Origin: Faecousia sp.
GTDB taxonomy: Bacteria; Bacillota; Clostridia; Oscillospirales; Oscillospiraceae
DNA length: 64,000 bases
Assembly: GCA_045577715.1 (NCBI GenBank)
Contig: JAZNIX010000036.1
Location: 26,941-90,940 of the forward strand
Direction of reading: 5' to 3'
Made by a program: the position numbers and the translations under genes. Each line of letters opens with the position of its first letter. Positions within the stretch are counted from its first letter, which is position 1. Positions 35,545-44,797 of this stretch are shown here, piece by piece. The notes under the pieces are model-generated. The model was not told where the DNA came from. It made no database searches and was given only the letters and a program-made list of their open reading frames with translations.

Positions 35545-37812
35545 ATGACCAACACAAATTCTTCCACACAGTTGATGGATATCGCTACCCGTATTCGAGG
35601 TATGCGAGAAATTTTGGGCTACAGCATGCAAAAAATGGCTGAGCAAACGGAGGTAACAGAAGAGATTTACCGCCAGTATGAATCCGGTATGGTGGATTTG
35701 CCCTTTACCTTCCTGCATAAATGTGCAAAGGTCTTTGGCGTGGAAATCACAGTTCTTTTGGAGGGTCACAGCGCCAAGCTGTCCGGCTATACCGTTACCC
35801 GTCGGGGCAAGGGCCTTGTTACCGCCAGCGAGGATGGCATCACCATTCAGGACATGGCACCAATGTTCCGGAAAAAGCTGGCAACTCCCTATTGGGTTAC
35901 TTACCAGTATTCCGAGGAGCTGCAGGATAAACCAATCCATACCACCACCCACTCCGGTCAGGAATTTAACCTGGTAATCAAGGGCGCAATGCGCATTAAG
36001 ATTGGGGAGCATGAGGAGACCCTGCGGGAGGGCGACAGCGTTTTCTATAAATCTTCTACCCCCCACGGCATGATTGCTATCGACGGCAAGGACTGCGTGT
36101 TCCTGTCCGTGATTATGGCATCGGACACCACCGACCAGCCTCTGTATATCGGCAAGAGCCGCAAGGACAGTTCGGGACAGAATCTGCTGTGCAACAAGTT
36201 TGTTACGGCGCAGGAAGATGAAAACGGCGTGCTCCAAAAGCTGTCCTTCTCCGATACGGATACCTATAACTTTGCCTTTGACACCGTGGATGCCATTGCC
36301 AGAAGGGAGCCTGAGAAGCTGGCGATGGTTCACATTGCAAACGATATGACCGAGCGCCGCTTCACCTTTAAGGATATGAAGGATGCATCCAGCCAAAGCG
36401 CCAACTACTTTAAGTCTTTGGGCATCAAGCGGGGCGACCGGGTGATGCTGGTGCTGAAGCGCCATTATCAGTTCTGGTTTGCCATCTTGGGTCTGCACAA
36501 GCTGGGCGCTATCGCAATTCCAGCCACCAATCAGCTGATGGAGCACGACTTTGTGTACCGCTTCCAGGCGGCCGATGTGAGCGCAGTACTATGTACCGCG
36601 GACGGCAATACCGCTGAACAGATTGAATTGGCAGAAAAATCCGCCGGTATGCGCCTGACCAAGGTGCTGGTAGGCGGCAGCCGGGAGGGCTGGCACGACT
36701 ACAACGAGGAATATTGTCTGTTCAGCCGCCGCTACGAGCGGGAGAAGGATGCGCCCTGCGGCAATGACCCGATGCTGATGCTGTTTACCTCTGGCACTAC
36801 CGGTTATTTCAAGATGGCTACCCATTCCTATAAATATGCGTTGGGCCATTATGTAACCGCAAAGTATTGGCATCTGTGCGAGCGGGACGGCCTGCACTTT
36901 ACCATTTCTGAGACCGGCTGGGGCAAGGCTCTTTGGGGCAAACTCTACGGTCAGTGGCTGTGTGAGGGAGCGGTATTTACTTACGATTTTGACCGCTTTG
37001 ACGCGGAAAAGATTCTTCCCATGTTTGCAAAGTACAATATTACTACCTTCTGCGCACCTCCTACCATGTACCGGATGCTTATCAAGCAGGATTTGAGCAA
37101 GTATGACCTTTCTTCCATTCACCATGCTACCACCGCCGGCGAGGCACTGAACGCGGAGGTATTCTACCAGTTTGAAAAGGCCACCGGTCTGCGGATTCAT
37201 GAGGGCTTCGGTCAGACGGAAATGACCCTGGGTATCGCCAATCTCTACGGCGCAAATATTAAGCCCGGTGCTATGGGCAAGCCGGTGCCCGGATACGGCA
37301 TCGATATTGTTGACCAGGACGGCAATCCTGTGGCAGACGGTGTCAACGGTGAAATCGTGATTCACACCGACCCAGCACCTACCTGCGGCGTGTTCCTGGG
37401 CTATTACCGGAATCAGGAAGCCACCGATGCTGTGTGGCATGACGGCATGTATCATACCGGCGATGTGGCATGGCGGGATGAGGACGGCTACTACTGGTAT
37501 GTTGGCCGCGCGGACGATGTGATTAAGTCCTCCGGCTACCGGATTGGACCGTTTGAGATTGAATCTACCATTATGGAGCTTCCCTATGTGCTGGAGTGCG
37601 GTGTCTGCGCTGCTCCGGATGAGGTGCGCGGCCAGGTGGTCAAGGCTTGTATTGTTTTGGTGCCCGGCACCCAGGAGTCTGAGGAGCTGAAGAAGGAGAT
37701 TCAGAACTACGTTAAGCAGCATACCGCGCCTTACAAGTACCCCCGTATCGTGGAGTTCCGGAAGGAACTGCCGAAAACCATCAGCGGTAAGATTCAGCGC
37801 AATAAGCTGTGA
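35545..37812 (+). CDS. XRE-HTH + cupin + acyl-CoA synthetase fusion (paralog A)
   Basis: N-terminal HTH (RIRGMREILG...YESG), cupin (HSGQEF...PHGM), ANL motifs FTSGTTG, GFGQTE, YHTGD, GRADDVIKSSGYRIGP and SGKIQR. Confidence 0.9.
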   Translation: MTNTNSSTQLMDIATRIRGMREILGYSMQKMAEQTEVTEEIYRQYESGMVDLPFTFLHKCAKVFGVEITVLLEGHSAKLSGYTVTRRGKGLVTASEDGITIQDMAPMFRKKLATPYWVTYQYSEELQDKPIHTTTHSGQEFNLVIKGAMRIKIGEHEETLREGDSVFYKSSTPHGMIAIDGKDCVFLSVIMASDTTDQPLYIGKSRKDSSGQNLLCNKFVTAQEDENGVLQKLSFSDTDTYNFAFDTVDAIARREPEKLAMVHIANDMTERRFTFKDMKDASSQSANYFKSLGIKRGDRVMLVLKRHYQFWFAILGLHKLGAIAIPATNQLMEHDFVYRFQAADVSAVLCTADGNTAEQIELAEKSAGMRLTKVLVGGSREGWHDYNEEYCLFSRRYEREKDAPCGNDPMLMLFTSGTTGYFKMATHSYKYALGHYVTAKYWHLCERDGLHFTISETGWGKALWGKLYGQWLCEGAVFTYDFDRFDAEKILPMFAKYNITTFCAPPTMYRMLIKQDLSKYDLSSIHHATTAGEALNAEVFYQFEKATGLRIHEGFGQTEMTLGIANLYGANIKPGAMGKPVPGYGIDIVDQDGNPVADGVNGEIVIHTDPAPTCGVFLGYYRNQEATDAVWHDGMYHTGDVAWRDEDGYYWYVGRADDVIKSSGYRIGPFEIESTIMELPYVLECGVCAAPDEVRGQVVKACIVLVPGTQESEELKKEIQNYVKQHTAPYKYPRIVEFRKELPKTISGKIQRNKL

Positions 37813-37875
37813 TGAAAGTTTCGCTTGGTTGGCAGGGAAAGGCATCCCTGCCAACCGACAAAATCTACATTTTTA

Positions 37876-37904
37876 TTGACAAATAGGCACAAAAGTGATA
37901 TGAT
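37876..37904 (+). promoter_or_regulatory. Sigma-A promoter (extended -10) upstream of the third T-box
   Basis: TTGACA-N17-TATGAT. Confidence 0.75.
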
Positions 37905-37919
37905 TCCATATCATATAAA

Positions 37920-38200
37920 GGTTATGATGGAGAGTAGCTCCTGAAACCCCTGTCCCAGAGAATTGGCGGTTGGTGCAAGCCATGACAGAAGCAGAAAGCT
38001 TGTCTATCTCCGGAGCCGGGAGGAAGATGGTCCTGCAAAGGATCGGTAGAACCTCCCCGCGTAAGCTGCGTCAGTGCGCAGGGGGTGTTGGCCCCTGGTG
38101 AGAGGTATCTGCTGTGAGGCAGGTGCAATTTGAGTGGTACCGCGGGCGTATTTTGCTCGTCTCAAGGAATCAATCTTTGAGACGGGCAATTTTTGCTTTT
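37920..38200 (+). promoter_or_regulatory. T-box riboswitch, specifier loop GUCUA (Val GUC or Leu CUA)
   Basis: Stem I ggtt-atga-t-ggag...ctcc-g-ga-gcc. T-box AATTTGAGTGGTACCGCG. Antiterminator/terminator nearly identical to the Ile T-box. Confidence 0.85.
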
Positions 38201-38214
38201 TGAGGTTAGGGAGT

Positions 38215-40500
38215 ATGAAAATGACTGATATGGAACAGAAAATTCAAGAAATTGCCGGCCGTATCCGGGAGCTCCGGGAGGTTACCGGACTGTCGGTAGA
38301 GGAGATGGCAAGCCGCACCGGCCTTTCCGTAGAGGAGTACCGGGAGCATGAGGCGGGCAACCGGAATTTAAGCGTTGCATTTTTGTATCATTGTACCTTA
38401 AGCTTCGGCGTGGATATGGGCGACCTGTTGGAGGGTCGCAGCCCTAAGCTCCGGTCTTACGCCCTTACCCGCAGAGGGCAGGGTCAGCGAATCGAGGAAG
38501 CCCATAATATGATTGGCTTTAACCTGGCCCCGGACTTCCGCAACCGGATTGCCCTGCCGCTGTATATGGAGCTGAAGTACCGACCCGGCGCAGAGGATGC
38601 GGAAATTGCGGTTACCAGCCACGAAGGACAGGAGTGCGATATCGTGATCCGCGGCCACATGAAGCTGCGTATTGGCGACCGCTGTGAAGTACTTCACCCC
38701 GGCGACTGTATTTACTATGATTCTGCCACACCCCACGGCATGATTGCCGTAGACGGGGAAGACTGTGCTTTTTATGCCATCGTTTTGCGCAACGATGCCG
38801 CCCGTCAGGGGGAGCAGGCCGCCGCGGTTGCTACACTGCCGGATGCAGTGCAGCCTGTGGAAGAAAAGAAGCCCCGGGTCTACCGGAATTTCATTGACCC
38901 CACCGTGGAAAACGGTAAGCTGCAGAAGATTGCCTTCCATGATGAGGAAAAATTCAACTTTGCATTTGATGTAGTGGATGCTTTGGGCAGAAGCAAGCCC
39001 GATAAGCTGGCGATGCTCTATGTCGGGGAGGATATGTCCGAGCGCCGGTTTACCTTCCAGGACATGAAAAAGGAATCCGCCAGAGTGGCCAACTACTTTA
39101 AGTCCTTAGGCATCCGCCGGGGCGACCGGGTGATGCTGGTGCTCAAGCGCCACTATCAGTACTGGTTCTCCGTGCTGGCACTGCACAAGCTGGGTGCTGT
39201 GGCCATCCCTGCCACGAATCAGCTTTTGGAAAAGGACTTTACATATCGGTTCCAGGCAGGCAATGTAAAAGCCATCGTGTGTACCGCCGACGGCGACGTT
39301 GCCGATGCTGTGGATGCTGCCGCAGCCAAATGCCCGGGTCTGGAGCACAAGATTTTGGTAGGCGGCTGCCGGGAAGGCTGGCACGATTTCAACGAAGAAT
39401 ATCCTATTTTCAGCTCCCATTTTGCCCGCACAGAGGATGCTCCCTGCGGCAACGACCCTATGCTGATGTTCTTTACCTCCGGTACTTCCGGATATCCCAA
39501 GCTGACAGCCCACAATTATAAATACCCCTTGGGGCATTTTATCACCGCAAAATATTGGCACCGGGTCAATCCTGATGGCCTGCATCTGACCATTTCTGAC
39601 ACTGGTTGGGCCAAGTCCTCCTGGGGCAAGATTTACGGTCAGTGGCTGTGCGAGGCGGCGGTTTTCGTTTACGATTTTGACCGCTTTGACGGGGAAAAGA
39701 TTCTTCCCATGTTTGCAAAATACAATATTACCACCTTCTGCGCGCCGCCGACCATGTACCGGATGCTGATTAAGCAGGATTTGAGCAAGTACGACCTGTC
39801 CTCTATCCAGCACGCATCCACCGCCGGTGAGGCACTGAACCCGGAGGTATTCCGGCAATTCCAGCTGGCCACGGGGCTGAAGATTATGGAAGGCTTCGGT
39901 CAGTCGGAAAGCACCTTGATTATCGGCAATTTGGCCGGCGACAGCCACAAGTTCGGTGCCATGGGCAAACCTGTGCCTTTGTATGATGTGCATCTGCTGA
40001 ATGCGGATGGGGAGGACGTGGCTCCCGGTGAAAACGGCGAAATTTGTATCAATATTTCCAAGGGACTGCCCTGCGGTCTGAGCTACTGCTACGAAGGAAA
40101 CCCCGAGGTCACTGCCGAAACCTGGCGAGACGGCTTCTACCACACCGGCGACTTGGCATGGAAGGACGAGGATGGCTTCTACTGGTATGTAGGCCGTGTG
40201 GACGATGTGATTAAGTCCTCCGGCTACCGGATTGGGCCTTTTGAAATCGAAAATGTTATTATGGAGCTTCCCTATGTACTGGAGTGCGGCGTATCTGCCG
40301 CCCCGGATGAGGTCAGAGGCCAAGTGGTCAAGGCCAGCATCGTGTTGGTTAAGGGTACAGAGCCTACGGAGGAACTGAAAAAGGAAATTCAGGACTATGT
40401 GAAGCGCCGCACCGCACCTTATAAATATCCCCGTATCGTGGTATTTAAGGAAAGTCTTCCCAAGACCACCAGTGGAAAGATCATCAGGAAACAGCTGTAA
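38215..40500 (+). CDS. XRE-HTH + cupin + acyl-CoA synthetase fusion (paralog B)
   Basis: Same architecture as paralog A; FTSGTSGYPK, GFGQSE, YHTGD and SGKIIR. Confidence 0.9.
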   Translation: MKMTDMEQKIQEIAGRIRELREVTGLSVEEMASRTGLSVEEYREHEAGNRNLSVAFLYHCTLSFGVDMGDLLEGRSPKLRSYALTRRGQGQRIEEAHNMIGFNLAPDFRNRIALPLYMELKYRPGAEDAEIAVTSHEGQECDIVIRGHMKLRIGDRCEVLHPGDCIYYDSATPHGMIAVDGEDCAFYAIVLRNDAARQGEQAAAVATLPDAVQPVEEKKPRVYRNFIDPTVENGKLQKIAFHDEEKFNFAFDVVDALGRSKPDKLAMLYVGEDMSERRFTFQDMKKESARVANYFKSLGIRRGDRVMLVLKRHYQYWFSVLALHKLGAVAIPATNQLLEKDFTYRFQAGNVKAIVCTADGDVADAVDAAAAKCPGLEHKILVGGCREGWHDFNEEYPIFSSHFARTEDAPCGNDPMLMFFTSGTSGYPKLTAHNYKYPLGHFITAKYWHRVNPDGLHLTISDTGWAKSSWGKIYGQWLCEAAVFVYDFDRFDGEKILPMFAKYNITTFCAPPTMYRMLIKQDLSKYDLSSIQHASTAGEALNPEVFRQFQLATGLKIMEGFGQSESTLIIGNLAGDSHKFGAMGKPVPLYDVHLLNADGEDVAPGENGEICINISKGLPCGLSYCYEGNPEVTAETWRDGFYHTGDLAWKDEDGFYWYVGRVDDVIKSSGYRIGPFEIENVIMELPYVLECGVSAAPDEVRGQVVKASIVLVKGTEPTEELKKEIQDYVKRRTAPYKYPRIVVFKESLPKTTSGKIIRKQL

Positions 40501-40503
40501 AAT

Positions 40504-40605
40504 AGCCTCCCTCTGACGAGGGAGGTGTCAGCGAAGCTGACGGAGGGAGAGAACTACCCCTCAGTCAGTCTGTTTGGCTGACAGCTCCCCTGACAAGGGG
40601 AGCCT
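40504..40605. repeat. REP/REPIN-like four-hairpin palindromic element
   Basis: Hairpins cctccctc/gagggagg, gtcagc/gctgac, gtcagtc/ggctgac and gctcccct/aggggagc; no T tract. Confidence 0.65.
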
Positions 40606-40622
40606 CGTGAGGAGTAAATACT

Positions 40623-41327
40623 ATGAGGCACAAAAGACTCACTTTATTTGCCGGGCATTACGGCAGCGGAAAAACCAATATCGCCGTGAACTATGCTTTG
40701 CATTTGGCGCGGCAGGGAAAATCGGTGTGCATTGCGGATTTGGACATTGTCAATCCTTATTTTCGCACTAAGGACAGTGCAAAAGTATTGACCGATGCCG
40801 GCGTGGATTTGATAAGTCCCCAATTTGCCAACAGCAATGTGGATTTGCCCGCCCTGCCGGCGGAAGCCTACCGGCTGGTGGAGGATAAATCGGTGTACGG
40901 CATTATGGACATCGGCGGCGATGACCGGGGTGCTTACGCCCTGGGCAGGTACACCCCCTTTATCCGCAAGGAGAATAATTACCGGATGGTGTTTGTTTCC
41001 AACTGCTACCGCCCTTTGACGCGCACACCGGAAGAGGCACTGGAGGTCATGCGGGAAATTGAAACCGCCTGCTCTCTAAAATTTACAGATATCGTAAACA
41101 ATGCCAATCTGGGAAATGAAACCACGGAAGATACCCTACTGGAGTCCTTGGAGTATATCCGGCGGCTTTGCCAGCTAAGCGGACTTCCCTTGTGGATGCA
41201 TACCGCCCAGAAGGGCTTGGCTGCCTCTCTGGAAGGAAAATTGAAGCCACTGCTTCCGTTAACATTACAGGAAAAATATTTTGACTTACCGACACAGAAG
41301 CCGGGTAACCGACCCCTGTGGGGATAA
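40623..41327 (+). CDS. P-loop nucleotide-binding protein (ParA/MinD/CobQ-like) upstream of the oxidoreductase operon
   Basis: GHYGSGKT Walker A, DLDIVNPYFR and DIGGD. Confidence 0.8.
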   Translation: MRHKRLTLFAGHYGSGKTNIAVNYALHLARQGKSVCIADLDIVNPYFRTKDSAKVLTDAGVDLISPQFANSNVDLPALPAEAYRLVEDKSVYGIMDIGGDDRGAYALGRYTPFIRKENNYRMVFVSNCYRPLTRTPEEALEVMREIETACSLKFTDIVNNANLGNETTEDTLLESLEYIRRLCQLSGLPLWMHTAQKGLAASLEGKLKPLLPLTLQEKYFDLPTQKPGNRPLWG

Positions 41328-41355
41328 CATTCAAATTGAAGGAGGAACCACAAAT

Positions 41356-41562
41356 ATGGCAAAAGTAACGTTCCAAACTGATCGGTGCAAGGGCTGCGGC
41401 CTGTGCGTCAGCGCCTGCCCTAAGGGGATTCTGGCCATTGCTACCGACCACATCAACAACAAGGGCTATTCGCCGGCAGTCATGACCGACCAGGAGAAAT
41501 GCATCGGTTGTGCATTCTGTGCTACTATGTGCCCGGATTGTATCATCACGGTGGAGAAATAA
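41356..41562 (+). CDS. 2x[4Fe-4S] ferredoxin (delta subunit of 2-oxoacid:ferredoxin oxidoreductase)
   Basis: Two CxxCxxCxxxCP motifs; RBS aggagg. Confidence 0.92.
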   Translation: MAKVTFQTDRCKGCGLCVSACPKGILAIATDHINNKGYSPAVMTDQEKCIGCAFCATMCPDCIITVEK

Positions 41563-41573
41563 GGAGGTTTACT

Positions 41574-42635
41574 ATGGCAGAGCGTGTACTTATGAAGGGC
41601 AATGAAGCCATTGCCGAAGCGGCGATTCGTGCCGGTTGCCGCCACTATTTTGGATATCCCATTACACCCCAGACGGAAATTGCCGCCTATATGGCAAAGA
41701 AAATGCCGAAAATCGGCGGTGTTTTCCTGCAAGCGGAAAGCGAAATCGCATCTATTAACATGGTTTACGGCGCGGCGGCGGCGGGTATGCGGGTAATGAC
41801 CTCCTCCTCCAGCCCCGGAATTTCCTTGAAAACGGAAGGATTAAGCTACATTGCCGGCTCGGATGTGCCTGCGTTTGTAGTCAATGTCCAGCGTGGCGGC
41901 CCGGGATTGGGCGGCATTCAGCCTTCCCAGTCCGATTATTTCCAGGCAACCAAGGGCGGCGGCCACGGCGACTATCGGATGATTGTGCTGGCTCCTGCAT
42001 CTGTGCAGGAAATGGCAAGCCTTACCATCAAGGGCTTTAATCTGGCGGACAAATATCTGATGACGGCCATGATTCTTGCAGACGGCACCATCGGACAGAT
42101 GATGGAGCCCATTTCCTTTGAGGATGCGGAAATCGAAACCTATGAAAAGCCCTGGGCACTGACAGGCACCAACTGTCAGCGCAAGCATAATATAGTCAAC
42201 TCTTTGTACTTAAAGCCCGATGAGCTGGAACTGAAGAATATGGAACGCTTCCAGCGCTATCAGGTGGTAGAGCAGAATGAAGCCATGTGGGAAGAATATA
42301 TGATGGACGATGCGGAAGTTTGCGTGGTGGCCTTCGGCATTGCATCCCGTGTGGCTAAGAATGCGGTAGTAGCCGCCAGAAATGAGGGAATTAAGGTGGG
42401 CCTCATTCGTCCCATTACCCTTTGGCCCTTCCCCACCAAGGCATTAAATGCCGCGGCAGACAAGGTCAAGAGTTTCCTGTCCGTGGAGCTGAACATGGGT
42501 CAAATGATTGAAGATATCCGCCTGGCAACCCAGTGCAAGCGCCCGGTGTCCCTGTGCAACCGTACCGGCGGTATGATTCCCAGCCCCGAGCAGGTGTTGG
42601 AAAGCATCCGTCAGATGCAGAAAGGAGCGTGCTGA
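41574..42635 (+). CDS. 2-oxoisovalerate-type 2-oxoacid:ferredoxin oxidoreductase alpha subunit (VorB-like)
   Basis: [27 protein letters not shown] and RGGPGLG. Confidence 0.88.
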   Translation: MAERVLMKGNEAIAEAAIRAGCRHYFGYPITPQTEIAAYMAKKMPKIGGVFLQAESEIASINMVYGAAAAGMRVMTSSSSPGISLKTEGLSYIAGSDVPAFVVNVQRGGPGLGGIQPSQSDYFQATKGGGHGDYRMIVLAPASVQEMASLTIKGFNLADKYLMTAMILADGTIGQMMEPISFEDAEIETYEKPWALTGTNCQRKHNIVNSLYLKPDELELKNMERFQRYQVVEQNEAMWEEYMMDDAEVCVVAFGIASRVAKNAVVAARNEGIKVGLIRPITLWPFPTKALNAAADKVKSFLSVELNMGQMIEDIRLATQCKRPVSLCNRTGGMIPSPEQVLESIRQMQKGAC

Positions 42636-42636
42636 T

Positions 42637-43395
42637 ATGGCCGTTGTATTTGAAAAACCCAAAGCATTGACAGACGCGGTGCTGCATTATTGCCCCGGCT
42701 GTCCCCATGGCATCATTCACCGGCTGGTAGCAGAGGCAATGGACGAATTGGGCATTGAGGGAAAAGCCATTGGCGTCGCTCCGGTAGGATGCGCGGTTAT
42801 GGCCTACGATTATTTTGCCTGTGATATGATTGAAGCCGCCCATGGCCGCGCACCGGCTGTGGCCACCGGCATTAAGCGTTGCCGTCCGGAGAATGTGGTC
42901 TTTACCTATCAGGGTGACGGTGACCTTGCTTCCATCGGCATGGCAGAAACCGTCCATTCTGCGGCCCGGAATGAAAACATTACCGTGATTTTCGTTAACA
43001 ATGCCATTTACGGCATGACCGGCGGCCAGATGGCTCCCACCTCGCTTCCCGGACAGGTCACTCAGACCAGCCCCTACGGCCGGGATGTAAACCATTGCGG
43101 TTGGCCCATTCGGGTTTGTGAAATGCTTGCCACGCTGGAAGGCCCGGAGTATGTGGCCCGGGTGGCAGTGAACAATGTAAAGAACGTGAAAAATGCCAAG
43201 AAAGCCATTAAAAAGGCCTTTGAAAATCAGATTCAGGGCAAGGGCTTTTCCTTGGTGGAAGTGGTTTCTGCCTGTCCTACCAACTGGGGCATGACCCCCC
43301 AGAAGGCGCTGGAATGGGTGGAAAGCGATATGCTGCCATACTATCCCATCGGCGTATATAAGGACAGAACCGCCGCAAAGGAGGCAGAAAAATGA
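42637..43395 (+). CDS. 2-oxoacid:ferredoxin oxidoreductase beta (TPP-binding) subunit
   Basis: YCPGC, HGRA, and the TPP motif GDGD...[11 protein letters not shown]. Confidence 0.9.
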   Translation: MAVVFEKPKALTDAVLHYCPGCPHGIIHRLVAEAMDELGIEGKAIGVAPVGCAVMAYDYFACDMIEAAHGRAPAVATGIKRCRPENVVFTYQGDGDLASIGMAETVHSAARNENITVIFVNNAIYGMTGGQMAPTSLPGQVTQTSPYGRDVNHCGWPIRVCEMLATLEGPEYVARVAVNNVKNVKNAKKAIKKAFENQIQGKGFSLVEVVSACPTNWGMTPQKALEWVESDMLPYYPIGVYKDRTAAKEAEK

Positions 43396-43931
43396 AAACA
43401 ACCCAGATTTTGATTGCCGGCTTTGGCGGACAGGGTATTCTGTTTGCCGGAAAATTCCTGGCCTATAAGGGACTGATGGAGGATTTGCAGGTTTCCTGGC
43501 TGCCTTCCTATGGCCCGGAAATGCGTGGCGGTACAGCAAACTGCAATGTGATTCTGTCCGACTCTCCTGTTGGCAGTCCCATTATCACCCAACCGGATGT
43601 GCTGATTGCCATGAACCTGCCGTCTTTGCTGAAATATGTAGATACAGTTGTTCCCGGCGGCCAGATTTATGTGGACAGCGCATTGATTGGTGAAAAGGTG
43701 ACCCGTACCGACGTGCAGGTGTTCTATATCCCCGCCACCCAGATGGCAAAGGACCAGGGGGTTTCCACCTTGGCAAACATGATTATGATGGGTCATGTAC
43801 TGGAAAACCACCCGGAGCTGTCCTTTGAGGGCACAGAATTGGCAGTAAACAAGCTGGTACCTCCCAGCAAGGCCGCCCTTGTGGAGCTGAATATGAAAGC
43901 ATTGCTTCTGGGCAAGGCGTATTCTGGCTAA
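43392..43931 (+). CDS. 2-oxoacid:ferredoxin oxidoreductase gamma subunit
   Basis: AGFGGQG and SYGPEMRGG. Confidence 0.9.
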   Translation: MKTTQILIAGFGGQGILFAGKFLAYKGLMEDLQVSWLPSYGPEMRGGTANCNVILSDSPVGSPIITQPDVLIAMNLPSLLKYVDTVVPGGQIYVDSALIGEKVTRTDVQVFYIPATQMAKDQGVSTLANMIMMGHVLENHPELSFEGTELAVNKLVPPSKAALVELNMKALLLGKAYSG

Positions 43932-43960
43932 AAAATAGAGAATCATAGAGGAAATGTATT

Positions 43961-44746
43961 TTGTATCTAATTGACATTCATTCCCACGTTTATCCGGAAG
44001 CCATTGCCGAAAAGGCCGCCGAGAGTATCCGTAATTTTTATGAGCTTGAGGGCGGTGGTATGGACGGAACGGTGGATATGCTGCGTAAACAGGGGGATTT
44101 GGCCGGTATTGACCGGTTTGTGATTCTCCCTGTGGGCCTAAAGCCGGACCGGGTGCGGCATATCAACGATTTCATTTTGGAGCAGGTTGCCGCAGAGCCC
44201 CGTTTTCTGGGCTTCGGCACAGTCCACGCGGCTATGGAGCAGATTACCGAGGAAGTGGAGTATATTTTGTCAAAGGGGCTGCGGGGTATTAAAATGCACC
44301 CGGATTCCCAGGTGTTTGCCATTGATGACCCTCGGCTGTTTCCTGTTTACGAGCAGATTCAGGGGAAATTGCCGGTGATTTTGCACATGGGGGATCAGCG
44401 GTTTGATTACTCTCATCCTGCCAGATTGCGGCGTGTGCTGGAGCTGTTTCCGAAGTTGCAGGTGATTGCGGCCCATTTTGGCGGATACAGTATGTATGAA
44501 ACTGCCTATGAACTGTTAAAGGACAAGGATTGTATTTTTGATATTTCCAGCTCCTTGATGTTTATGCCGGAGGGAGTTGCAGAGAGGTATATCAATGCCT
44601 ACGGCGCGGAGCGCATGGCCTTTGGTACGGATTATCCCCTGTGGGACCCTGTGACGGAAACCAGACGGTTTCAACAGCTAAAGCTGACGCCGGCACAATT
44701 TGACCAGATTGCCCACAAAACTGCAGAACGGATATTGCATTTATAA
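43961..44746 (+). CDS. Amidohydrolase family protein (amidohydro_2-like)
   Basis: IDIHSH, GIKMHP, LHMG, AAHFGG and FGTDYP. Confidence 0.85.
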   Translation: MYLIDIHSHVYPEAIAEKAAESIRNFYELEGGGMDGTVDMLRKQGDLAGIDRFVILPVGLKPDRVRHINDFILEQVAAEPRFLGFGTVHAAMEQITEEVEYILSKGLRGIKMHPDSQVFAIDDPRLFPVYEQIQGKLPVILHMGDQRFDYSHPARLRRVLELFPKLQVIAAHFGGYSMYETAYELLKDKDCIFDISSSLMFMPEGVAERYINAYGAERMAFGTDYPLWDPVTETRRFQQLKLTPAQFDQIAHKTAERILHL

Positions 44747-44752
44747 TGAAAA

Positions 44753-44795
44753 ATCCGGGCATCACCAATCGGTGATGCCCGGATGCTTTTTTTGT
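44753..44795. terminator. Bidirectional intrinsic terminator
   Basis: atccgggcatcacc-aatc-ggtgatgcccggat flanked by A and T tracts between convergent genes. Confidence 0.8.
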
Positions 44796-44797
44796 TT

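Noticed and set aside
38003-38005. UCU (Ser) reading of the third T-box specifier
   Set aside because: The antiterminator bulge is UGGU, which fits an A73 discriminator, while tRNA-Ser normally has G73. The gene context is also BCAA-related. Disfavoured but not strictly excluded.
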